A stretch of 63,998 nucleotides of DNA, the filler included, from Sandaracinaceae bacterium (GTDB lineage: Bacteria > Myxococcota_A > Polyangia > Polyangiales > JADJQN01), in NCBI GenBank assembly GCA_947483975.1. It is 6 parts of 6 records of this genome, joined end to end, with 100 filler letters (N's around TTAATTAATTAA, not from the genome) between each part and the next. Parts side by side here need not be neighbours in the genome. Positions count along the whole stretch, not along the records: positions 1 to 11,368 come from CANKOL010000145.1; positions 11,469 to 22,816 come from CANKOL010000146.1; 4 more parts are not named here. One strand, written 5' to 3'. A model generated the notes under the pieces. It was not told where the DNA came from and made no database searches. It saw only the letters and a program-made list of their open reading frames with translations. The translations under genes were made by a program, and so were the position numbers. Positions 9,313-17,829 of the stretch are shown here, piece by piece. Each line of letters opens with the position of its first letter. The stretch's first letter is position 1.

Positions 9313-9891
9313 GTGCCCAAACACCCCGCAGAAGCCGACCGTTTTCGCTCGACCACCATCGTCGCAGTCCGTCGCGGGGGCCTCGCCGCGATGGCCGGCG
9401 ACGGGCAAGTCTCGCAAGGTCAGACCGTGCTGAAGTCGCACGCGAAGAAGGTCCGCCGCATCGCGGACGGCAAGGTGATCACGGGCTTCGCGGGCGCGAC
9501 GGCCGACGCGTTCACGCTGCTCGAGCGCTTCGAGAGCAAGCTCGAGGCGCACCGCGGCTCGTTGCTGCGCGCCGCGGTCGAGCTCGCGAAGGACTGGCGC
9601 ACCGACCGCTATCTGCGCCGGCTCGAGGCGATGCTGCTCGTGATGGACGACAAGACGACGCTGCTCCTCTCGGGCACGGGCGACGTGATCGAGCCCGACG
9701 TGATGCCGGGCACGACGGACGGCATCATCGCCATCGGCTCGGGCGGCCCGTACGCGCTCGCGGCGGGCAGGGCGCTCTTGCGGCACACGACGCTCTCGCC
9801 CGCGGAGGTCGCGCGCGAGGCGATGCGCATCGCGTCCGAGATCTGTGTGTACACCAACGAACAGCTCGTCCTCGAGGAGGTCGGCTCATGA
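9313..9891 (+). CDS. hslV: ATP-dependent protease subunit HslV
   Basis: [30 protein letters not shown]. Confidence 0.97.
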   Translation: MPKHPAEADRFRSTTIVAVRRGGLAAMAGDGQVSQGQTVLKSHAKKVRRIADGKVITGFAGATADAFTLLERFESKLEAHRGSLLRAAVELAKDWRTDRYLRRLEAMLLVMDDKTTLLLSGTGDVIEPDVMPGTTDGIIAIGSGGPYALAAGRALLRHTTLSPAEVAREAMRIASEICVYTNEQLVLEEVGS

Positions 9892-11291
9892 GCCGCGGGC
9901 CGCGCAGCTTCACGCCGCGAGAGATCGTCGGGGAGCTCGATCGCTACATCGTCGGGCAGCACAAGGCCAAGCGCGCCGTCGCCATCGCGCTCCGCAATCG
10001 CTGGCGTCGGCAGCAGGTCTCGCCCGAGCTGCGCGAGGAGATCGCGCCGAAGAACATCATCATGATCGGCCCGACCGGCGTGGGTAAGACCGAGATCGCG
10101 CGGCGCCTCGCGAAGCTCGCGCAGGCGCCCTTCGTCAAGGTCGAGGCGTCGAAGTTCACGGAGGTCGGCTACGTCGGGCGGGACGTCGAGAGCATCGTGC
10201 GCGACCTCGTCGAGAACGCGATCCAGCTCGTGCGGGCGGAGGCCGTCGAGGACGTGCGCACGCGCGCGTCGGAGCTCGCCGAGGAGCGCCTCGTGCAGCT
10301 GCTCTCGGGGCGCGAGCCGCAGCAGCAGAGCGCGCCGACGTCGTTCGGTCCGTTCGTGCTCACGCCGCCGCCGATGCAGCAGTCCTCTGCGCGCGTGCCG
10401 CTGACGAACGACCAGCTCGAGCTGCGCGACAAGCTGCGTCGGGGCGCGCTCGACGAGCGTGAGGTCGAGCTCGACGTCGCCGAGCAGTCGAGCCCCCTCG
10501 GCGGGCTCTTCGGGATGCCCGGCGGCGGGGACATGGAGGCGAAGCTCGGCGAGATGCTGTCGAACCTGCCGGGCATGAAGGGACGCAGCAAGCGGCGGCG
10601 CGTGCTCGTGCCCGAGGCGCGGCGCCTGCTCGAGGCGGAGGAGGCGGCGAAGCTCGTCGACATGGACGGCGTGCAGCGCGAGGCGGTCGAGCGCGCGGAG
10701 CAGTCGGGCATCGTGTTCCTCGACGAGATCGACAAGATCGCGAGCCGACAGAGCGCGGGCTCGGGGCCCGATGTGTCGCGCGAGGGCGTGCAGCGGGACC
10801 TCCTGCCGATCGTCGAGGGCTCGACCGTCAGCACGAAGTACGGGCCGGTGAGGACGGATCATGTGCTCTTCATCGCGGCGGGCGCGTTCCACGTCTCGAA
10901 GGTCTCGGACCTGATCCCCGAGCTGCAGGGGCGCTTCCCGATCCGGGTGGAGCTGCAGAGCCTAGAGAAGCAGGACTTCGTGCGGATCCTGACCGAGCCG
11001 AAGAACGCGCTCACCCGGCAGTACGAGGCGCTGCTCCACACCGAGGGTGTGCAGCTCACGTTCACCGAGGACGCCGTCGACGCCATCGCGGAGTACGCCG
11101 CCGACGCGAACCAGCGCGCGGAGAACATCGGCGCGCGGCGCCTGCACACGATCCTCGAGGCGCTGCTCGAGGAGCTGAGCTTCACCGCGCCCGAGCGCAG
11201 CGACAGCGTGGTCGTCGTCGACGGTCCCACGGTGCGCGCGACGCTCGCGCCGATCCTCGCGAGCGGGGACGCGGCCCGCTACATCCTCTGA
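9888..11291 (+). CDS. hslU: ATP-dependent protease ATPase HslU
   Basis: [17 protein letters not shown] pore loop, [15 protein letters not shown]-terminal RYIL. Confidence 0.98.
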   Translation: MSRGPRSFTPREIVGELDRYIVGQHKAKRAVAIALRNRWRRQQVSPELREEIAPKNIIMIGPTGVGKTEIARRLAKLAQAPFVKVEASKFTEVGYVGRDVESIVRDLVENAIQLVRAEAVEDVRTRASELAEERLVQLLSGREPQQQSAPTSFGPFVLTPPPMQQSSARVPLTNDQLELRDKLRRGALDEREVELDVAEQSSPLGGLFGMPGGGDMEAKLGEMLSNLPGMKGRSKRRRVLVPEARRLLEAEEAAKLVDMDGVQREAVERAEQSGIVFLDEIDKIASRQSAGSGPDVSREGVQRDLLPIVEGSTVSTKYGPVRTDHVLFIAAGAFHVSKVSDLIPELQGRFPIRVELQSLEKQDFVRILTEPKNALTRQYEALLHTEGVQLTFTEDAVDAIAEYAADANQRAENIGARRLHTILEALLEELSFTAPERSDSVVVVDGPTVRATLAPILASGDAARYIL

Positions 11292-11314
11292 GCCGCGGCG
11301 GCGCGGCGCTCGTC

Positions 11315-11368
11315 GCGCCTCAGGCGCGGGCTGTGCGCCGCTGCGCCTCAGGCGCGGGCGGTGCGGCG
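11315..11368. repeat. 28-bp tandem repeat (~2 copies, truncated at contig end)
   Basis: GCGCCTCAGGCGCGGG at 11315 and 11343. Confidence 0.6.
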
Positions 11369-11468
11369 NNNNNNNNNNNNNNNNNNNNNNNNNNNNNNNN
11401 NNNNNNNNNNNNTTAATTAATTAANNNNNNNNNNNNNNNNNNNNNNNNNNNNNNNNNNNNNNNNNNNN
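11369..11468. other. Artificial contig linker
   Basis: N44-TTAATTAATTAA-N44 six-frame stop spacer. Confidence 0.99.
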
Positions 11469-11633
11469 CGCGAGCGCAGCGAACAGCGGCGCGCGAGGCA
11501 AGCCGGGCACGCTCAGCGCGGCGACCAGCGCGAGGGCCCCCGCGACGAGCCCGACGGCGAGCGACGCCCGCACGACCGCCCGCGCGAGGAGCGCACGCCG
11601 CACGACCGCGATCAGCTCATCCAGCTTCTTCAT
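11469..11633 (-). CDS. Partial membrane protein (5' end only)
   Basis: MKKLDELIAVV... hydrophobic, truncated by the linker. Confidence 0.5.
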
Positions 11634-11814
11634 GCGGCCATCACGCACTCTAGTGAACGCTCTCGCGGTCGCATAGCTTCCCCCGATGGGCGGTCGGCCC
11701 TATGGGCGCCGACTGCCCGCCCGCTGTCTCTGCGTCACCCGCAGCGTCGGACAGGAGCGTAGCGCGCGACCTTGGCCGTGCGCGGGGAGCGCGAGCGGAG
11801 AAACTGTGGCGATC

Positions 11815-12099
11815 TCAGGGCGAAGGCGCGACGACGGCCGCTGCGCTCGGCGGCGCTTCCGGAGCGGGCGCTGCGCTCGGCGGCACCGGCACGGCGGACG
11901 GCGGCGGCTGCTCCGCGGGAGCGGCCGCCTCGGGCGCGGCTGCCTCAGGTGCGGCCCCTGCGCCCGGCAGGACATGGTCCTCCGCGCGCCACTCCCGTAC
12001 TTCCCGCTGAGACTGCCCACACGCCGACATCAGCGCGATCACCCCGACGGCGCAGACGACCGCGACACCCGACACCACCGAGGCTCTTGAGCGCATCAC
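11815..12099 (-). CDS. Small lipoprotein with Pro/Ala-rich tail
   Basis: Lipobox-like MSA-C, then REWRAEDH and low-complexity AP repeats. Confidence 0.6.
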   Translation of the reverse strand: MMRSRASVVSGVAVVCAVGVIALMSACGQSQREVREWRAEDHVLPGAGAAPEAAAPEAAAPAEQPPPSAVPVPPSAAPAPEAPPSAAAVVAPSP

Positions 12100-12161
12100 C
12101 GACGAGTCGTATCCGCAACGGCCGACGCGTTCAAGCGCTCCCGCCTGACCACGGCTCGCGC

Positions 12162-13028
12162 TCAGCTCGCGAGCTCATTCGCGCGCTCGTCGAGGTCGCG
12201 CACGATCTTCTCGATGAGGTCGTCGTCGATCCCGAGCAGCGACCGCCCGATCATGACGAGCACGTCGACGGCACCCGAGTCGAACTGCCCCGTGTAGAGC
12301 CCGCGCTGCTTGCAGACGGCGTTCGCGAAGCGCGCCACGTTGCCCACGCTGACGCGATTCGCCGAGTCGTAGTCGTCGCAGCGATCGATGGCGTCGAGCA
12401 CCTCTTCGGGGAGCGTCCACTTGCGGACCAGCGCGCGCCCGACCGGCCGGTGCAGCTCCTGCACGATCACCATCCACTGATCGGCGGTCATCCACTCGAG
12501 CTTGGTCTTGCTCGCGATGGTCTTCTCGGCCTCCAGCAGCATGATCGCGACGACCGGCTTGCCGACGTCGTGGAGGAGCCCGACCTGATAGGCCGCCTCC
12601 GGGTCGACCTCGCCGAGCGCGAGCGAGAGGTCGCGCGCGAGCAGCGCCACGGCCACCGAGTGCCGCCACAGCCCGCGAAACGCATCACTGATGCGTCGGT
12701 CGCGGGACTGGAAGATCTGCCGCACCGACACCTGCATCAGGATGGTGCGCAGCTTCTCCAGCCCGATCCGGCTGACGGCTTGGAGCATGCCCGTCGCCTG
12801 AAAGCGCGAGCCGAGGGCTGCGCTGTTGGCGACCTTGAGCACGCTCGCCGTCGTCACCGGGTCCCGCTCGACGAGCGCGACGATGTCCCCGATGCGCACG
12901 TCCGGCATGCGCGTCAGCTCGATCGCCCGCGCTGAGATCGAGGGCATCGCCGGCAGCCCCAGCCGGTCGCCCTCGATGCGCGCGAGCACGATCTGCTGGA
13001 GCTTCGCCTTGAAATCCTCGATCTCCAT
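12162..13028 (-). CDS. HDOD domain protein
   Basis: LPAMP, DPV...LKVANSA, LWRHSVAVA, GLLHDVGK. Confidence 0.92.
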   Translation of the reverse strand: MEIEDFKAKLQQIVLARIEGDRLGLPAMPSISARAIELTRMPDVRIGDIVALVERDPVTTASVLKVANSAALGSRFQATGMLQAVSRIGLEKLRTILMQVSVRQIFQSRDRRISDAFRGLWRHSVAVALLARDLSLALGEVDPEAAYQVGLLHDVGKPVVAIMLLEAEKTIASKTKLEWMTADQWMVIVQELHRPVGRALVRKWTLPEEVLDAIDRCDDYDSANRVSVGNVARFANAVCKQRGLYTGQFDSGAVDVLVMIGRSLLGIDDDLIEKIVRDLDERANELAS

Positions 13029-13036
13029 GAGGGGCT

Positions 13037-14134
13037 CTACGCCGCCCGCGCCTCACCGAGCGACTGGAAGAAGCGCACGTCGGCGGTGTCGGTGAAGCCC
13101 ATCATCAGCTTGTGCATGTTGGCCGAGCCGATCAGGCGCGTCTCCATGCCGAGCTCGCCAGCGTTCTTGCGAAGCTCCACGATCAGGCGGACGGCGCGGT
13201 CGGCGTCGCTCGGCAGCGCGTTGACGTCAACGTAGACGGCGTCGTAGCAGCCCTGCGCGGCGGTGCTGAGCGCTTCCTTCACCGCAGCGCGAATGCGCAT
13301 GAAGTAACGGTCCAGCCCGGACTCGGCGAGGCACGGCGCGAGCGTCAGCAGGTCCCCGTCGACCTTGACGAGCGAGACCTTCTTGCCGATCTTCTCGAGC
13401 AACTCGGCGACGCCCTCCGCCTTGAACGGCTTGGCGAGATAGCTGGCGCAGCCCGCCCGCGCGGCCTCTTGGCCGACGGTATCCGTCTTGAGCGCGATCA
13501 GCGCGAAGTGCGCGGTGTCCTGGAGCACCTTCAGCTGGCGCACGACCACCCCCGGCTCGGTGTCCGGGAGCGTGTTGTCCACGAGGATCGCGTGGTACTT
13601 CTTCTTGCGACAGAGGTCGATCGCCTGCTGGGCGGTCATGCACCAGTCGAGGTGGACGTCCGCCTCTGGGACGAGCGACTTCAGCTTCGCCGACACGTTC
13701 TCCATGTCGTCGATGCAGAGCACGTTGAGGCGGTCGTCGGCGTTCTCCGCCGCCACGCTCACCACCGCGGGCGGGTCGATCTTCAGGACCTTGCAGACCT
13801 TCGCCCGAAGCTCCTCCGGCTTCATCGGCTTGAGCATGTAGTCCTGCAAGCCGAGCTTCATCGCCTCGCCGATCACCGCCGAGCCGGACTCGGCCGTCAG
13901 CATGATCACCGGCGTGCGGTTGCCGCCCTCGCGCATCCGGCGGAGCATCGTCGGCCCGTCCATCACCGGCATCGTCACGTCGAGCAGGACGAGGTCGTAG
14001 GTGCCCTCGCGGAGCTTCGCGAGCCCCTCCTCGCCGTGCTCGGCCTCGTCGAGGTCGAGATTGAGCGGTGCGAGCTGCTTGCGCACGATCCCGCGCAGCG
14101 CCTTGCTGTCATCGACTGTCAGTACTCGCGGCAT
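13037..14134 (-). CDS. Response regulator with two receiver domains and a C-terminal STAS-like domain
   Basis: VLTVDD..LLDVTMP..KP; second CIDD..LVDNTLP..KPF; tail ending FFQSLGEA. Confidence 0.85.
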   Translation of the reverse strand: MPRVLTVDDSKALRGIVRKQLAPLNLDLDEAEHGEEGLAKLREGTYDLVLLDVTMPVMDGPTMLRRMREGGNRTPVIMLTAESGSAVIGEAMKLGLQDYMLKPMKPEELRAKVCKVLKIDPPAVVSVAAENADDRLNVLCIDDMENVSAKLKSLVPEADVHLDWCMTAQQAIDLCRKKKYHAILVDNTLPDTEPGVVVRQLKVLQDTAHFALIALKTDTVGQEAARAGCASYLAKPFKAEGVAELLEKIGKKVSLVKVDGDLLTLAPCLAESGLDRYFMRIRAAVKEALSTAAQGCYDAVYVDVNALPSDADRAVRLIVELRKNAGELGMETRLIGSANMHKLMMGFTDTADVRFFQSLGEARAA

Positions 14135-14153
14135 GGTTGGCTCCTTTCCTCCT

Positions 14154-14606
14154 TCACTCGCCGACAGCCACCCAGAAGTGGACCTCGGCGCTGCCACTTC
14201 GCATCGTCGCGCTCCGCCAGCCGTCGTGGCCGACCTGAGCGCCGCTGGCCGCCAGCATGCGCGGCAAGCCGAGCGCGTGGTTGACACCCATCATCGCCTT
14301 GACCTGGCCGGCGACGATGTTGGCCAGCTCGCTCAGCGAGTCATCGATCATCGAGTCCTCGAGCTCCTCGAGGGGGATCGAGAACATCGCGCAGGAGAGC
14401 GCCTGCGCCCCAGCGTGATCCGAGGACACCGCGATCGTCAGAGGACGCGGCCCGCCGATCGGCAGCACGGCGGTATGCCAGGCGGGCGAATTCGTCCAGG
14501 GGGCGTCCTTGAGCGGCTCTGACAAGCTGAAGGACATGCCGAACATGGTGTTCGTCACGCCTGAGACCAGCTTCGCGAGGGCCTCTGGACTTGGAAGTTC
14601 CGTCAT
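14154..14606 (-). CDS. cheX: CheX-like phosphatase
   Basis: SELANIVAG (ExxN) motif, LGLP. Confidence 0.85.
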   Translation of the reverse strand: MTELPSPEALAKLVSGVTNTMFGMSFSLSEPLKDAPWTNSPAWHTAVLPIGGPRPLTIAVSSDHAGAQALSCAMFSIPLEELEDSMIDDSLSELANIVAGQVKAMMGVNHALGLPRMLAASGAQVGHDGWRSATMRSGSAEVHFWVAVGE

Positions 14607-14838
14607 CGCATCCCGCTTTCTTTCACGATTCGCGCACGCAGCCACCGAAGCCCCGGCGGCGCTCCAGAAAGTCTTTCACTCCGACGCCGACGTTGGTTCG
14701 GAACGAGACACCTATCGGTCGCGCCCTCCCGGCCTGAAGGGGATCCCTGAACCTTGGGCGAAGCCTGAGGCATCCCCCCAGGTTTCACACACCGTCCAGT
14801 GACAGCCGAGCGTACAGCATGGCACTCTCCGCGCGCGC

Positions 14839-16239
14839 ATGAACCTTCCCCCGCTCGCTGAAGAAGCGCTCTCGATCGTCGGGCTGCTCGTCGCGGTCGC
14901 CTTCGTCTACTCCAGGCTCCCGCGCGTCGAGGTGGGGCACTCGCCCGCGTTCCTGCGGCGCCGCTTCTACAATTGGTTCCCGCTCGGGCTGACGTACGCC
15001 TTCCTCTACATGGGGCGGTACAACCTGACCGCGGCGCAGGGGGCGCTCGACCACCTGGACCTGATGTCGAAGAAGGACTTTGGCACGATCAAGTCCGTCG
15101 GCGCCCTCGTCTACGGCTGCTCGTTCCTCTTGAACGGCCCGCTCGCCGACAAGCTGGGGGGCCGGCGCACGATGCTGATCGGGGCGGCCGGGGTCGTCGT
15201 GGCGAACGTCGCGATGGGCCTGACGCTCCTCTCGGGTGCGTTCACGAACCTGCGCGTGCCGTTCACGGTGCTCTACGGCGTGAATATGTACTTCCAGAGC
15301 TTCGGCGCCGTGTCGATCGTCAAGGTCAACGCGAGCTGGTTCCACCTCCGCGAGCGCGGCGCCTTCGGCGGCATCTTCGGCATCCTGATCTCCCTCGGCC
15401 TCTACCTCGCCTTCGACCCGACCCGCCTGGTGCTCGCGAGCTTCCCGCCCGCGTTCGCGTTCTTCCTCCCGGCGTCCGTCTTGCTGGTGTTCTTCGTCAT
15501 CGACTACCTCATCGTGCGCGACACGCCGGGGCACGCAGGTCACGAGGACTTCGACGTCGCCGACGCCTCGAGCGCAGACGACGGCCCGACGCTCGGCGTC
15601 CTCGCGGTCGCGAAGAAGATGCTGACGAACCCGATCATCCTGTCGATCGCCCTCGTCGAGTTCTGCAGCGGCTACCTCCGCGCGGCGCTGATGGACTGGT
15701 ACTTCATCTTCGCGCAGGCGACGGGCGCCATCGAGACGCAGTTCGTCCCGAAGCACTGGGGCCTCACGCAGTGCGTCGCCGGCATCCTCGGCGGTGTCCT
15801 CGCCGGCGTCATCTCCGATCGGCTGTTCAGCTCACGACGCGGGCCGGTCGCCGCGATCCTCTACGGCGTGTGCATCGCGGCGAGCGTGGGCGTCGCGCTC
15901 GTGCTCTTGTCGCCAGCCCTCGGCTGGGTCGTCGCGGTGATGATGCTGGCGATCATCGGCGTGCACGGGATGCTGAGCGGCACCGCGAGCATGGACTTTG
16001 GCGGCCGCAAGAACGCCGGGCTGGCCGTCGGCATCATCGACGGCTTCGTCTACCTCGGCGTCGCCACGCAGGCGTACCTGCTCGGCAGCCTGCTCCCCGA
16101 GAAGGGGCACGGCGCGGAGGATCCGACGAAGTGGACCGCGTGGCCGTGGGCGATGCTGCCCGTCGCCGTCATCGGCTTCGCGCTCGCGATGCGCCTGTGG
16201 AACGCGCGGCCGGCGACGAAGAGCGCGGCGGCGCACTAG
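14839..16239 (+). CDS. MFS transporter, GlpT/UhpC (organophosphate:Pi antiporter)-like
   Basis: YAFLYMGRYN, NGPLADKLGGR, WFHLRERG, SDRLFSSRRGP, ~12 TM helices. Confidence 0.85.
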   Translation: MNLPPLAEEALSIVGLLVAVAFVYSRLPRVEVGHSPAFLRRRFYNWFPLGLTYAFLYMGRYNLTAAQGALDHLDLMSKKDFGTIKSVGALVYGCSFLLNGPLADKLGGRRTMLIGAAGVVVANVAMGLTLLSGAFTNLRVPFTVLYGVNMYFQSFGAVSIVKVNASWFHLRERGAFGGIFGILISLGLYLAFDPTRLVLASFPPAFAFFLPASVLLVFFVIDYLIVRDTPGHAGHEDFDVADASSADDGPTLGVLAVAKKMLTNPIILSIALVEFCSGYLRAALMDWYFIFAQATGAIETQFVPKHWGLTQCVAGILGGVLAGVISDRLFSSRRGPVAAILYGVCIAASVGVALVLLSPALGWVVAVMMLAIIGVHGMLSGTASMDFGGRKNAGLAVGIIDGFVYLGVATQAYLLGSLLPEKGHGAEDPTKWTAWPWAMLPVAVIGFALAMRLWNARPATKSAAAH

Positions 16240-16278
16240 CCCGACTCGCGCGGGCGCCTCGCGGTCCCCCAGAACGGC

Positions 16279-16313
16279 TCGAGGGAGCCCACCCTGACGG
16301 GCGGCTCCCTCGA
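16279..16313. terminator. Hairpin between convergent genes
   Basis: TCGAGGGAGCC...GGCTCCCTCGA 11-bp stem. Confidence 0.6.
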
Positions 16314-16353
16314 TCGGTCGTCACGGCTGGGCGCCTACGCCCTCAGAAGCCGC

Positions 16354-17778
16354 TCAGTCGGCGGTGCGCCAGCCGGCGTACCAGGGAGTGCCCGTCGGGG
16401 CCACGGCGCCCACGTAGGTGGCCGAGGCGTCGAAGAAGCCACCCGACGGCGGCGCGTCTCCGCCGGTCGCAGCGGCCGCGCCTGCCGCGGGCTGCCAGTT
16501 GCCCGCGGCGACGCCCGGGTCGACGGTGCGGTTGCTGGTCTCCGCGAGCAGCGAAGTGCAGGCGGTCGAGGTCGCGTCACACACGAAGGTGACGTCCGCC
16601 GTCGCACCGAGGTTGAACAGGATCGAGTTCTGCACGTTGAGCGCGCCGGCTACGACCTGCGCGTCCGTCGGCGCGTGCTGAATGCGAAGCCCGTTCGCCG
16701 GGTACTCCATGAAGATGCTGTTGTGGATTCGCGCAGCCGTACCCTCGCGCAGCAGCGCGGCGTTCTGTCCGGTGCCCGCGGCGTGCCCGACGCCGATGAA
16801 GGTCGTGTTCCAGAACTCCGGCGCCGAGCGCGGCGTCGCGTCCATCGCGTCGCCGTTGTTGTCGCCCTCGATGCCGCGGTCCTCGCCCGCCGCGCCGCGC
16901 TGCTCGGCGAGGAAGAACTGCACCTTGCCCGTGTAGCCGAGGTCGTAGTCGAACGAGTCATCGCCCGTGTTGACGATCAGCGCGTGCTTGAGGTTCGCCG
17001 CGCCGCCGAAGAACTCGACGCCGTCATCGAGTCCGTCGCGCGTCTCGATGTAGTCGAGCGTCGTCGCCGAGCCGCACGCGCCCACGCTCAAGCTGTTGAG
17101 CTCGTTCGCCGCGCCGAACACGAAGCCCGCATAGCGAATCGTGACGTAGCGGACCGTGCCGCAGTTGTGCGTGTCGTCCGAGCCGCCGTACGAGCCGCCG
17201 GTATCCGTCGGCGGGAGCCCCTCGATCGTCGTCGTGCCGCCGGCGACGTTGATGCGCGCGCTGCCGAGGAGCACGAGCCCGCCCCAGTCGCCGGGCGCCG
17301 CGACGGTGGCCGTGTCGCCGTCGTATTCCTTCACGCTCGAGAAACGAATCGGGAGCGCGGCGGTCCCCTGCGCGTCGATCGTCGCGTTCTTCGTGATGAC
17401 GAGCGCGGCATTCCCGACAGCCCCGACGACGATGGTCCCGGCCTCGATCGTGAGCGTCCCGCTCGTGACGAACGTCGTCGAGGTGAGTCGATAGAGGTTG
17501 TCACAGGTCCACGTCTGACCGGTGATCTCGCCGCCGATGTCCACCGGCGTGCGCGCGGAGACATCCGGGCACGAGGGCGGAGTGCCCGCATCGACGTCCC
17601 CGCCGAGGTCGGCCACCGGGCCGAGGTCCTCAGACACGTTCATGTCGACACCGACGTTCATGTCGACGAGCGAACCCGCGTCCACGAACGGCATCACCTC
17701 GTCGTCATCGCCGCAGCCAGCAGTCAGAGTACCCGCGAGCGCCGCGACGATCATCCACTTGAAACGATTGGCCTTCAT
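16354..17778 (-). CDS. Lipoprotein, beta-helix-like family associated with TonB-dependent receptors
   Basis: Lipobox LTAG-C; GDWGGLVLLG, NELNSL, DDGVEFFGG, DDSFDYD, GIEGDN motifs. Confidence 0.8.
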   Translation of the reverse strand: MKANRFKWMIVAALAGTLTAGCGDDDEVMPFVDAGSLVDMNVGVDMNVSEDLGPVADLGGDVDAGTPPSCPDVSARTPVDIGGEITGQTWTCDNLYRLTSTTFVTSGTLTIEAGTIVVGAVGNAALVITKNATIDAQGTAALPIRFSSVKEYDGDTATVAAPGDWGGLVLLGSARINVAGGTTTIEGLPPTDTGGSYGGSDDTHNCGTVRYVTIRYAGFVFGAANELNSLSVGACGSATTLDYIETRDGLDDGVEFFGGAANLKHALIVNTGDDSFDYDLGYTGKVQFFLAEQRGAAGEDRGIEGDNNGDAMDATPRSAPEFWNTTFIGVGHAAGTGQNAALLREGTAARIHNSIFMEYPANGLRIQHAPTDAQVVAGALNVQNSILFNLGATADVTFVCDATSTACTSLLAETSNRTVDPGVAAGNWQPAAGAAAATGGDAPPSGGFFDASATYVGAVAPTGTPWYAGWRTAD

Positions 17779-17829
17779 TCGATTCTCCCTTGGTCTTCGA
17801 TCGGTTGAGTCAGTTCGATGGTGCAGAGT

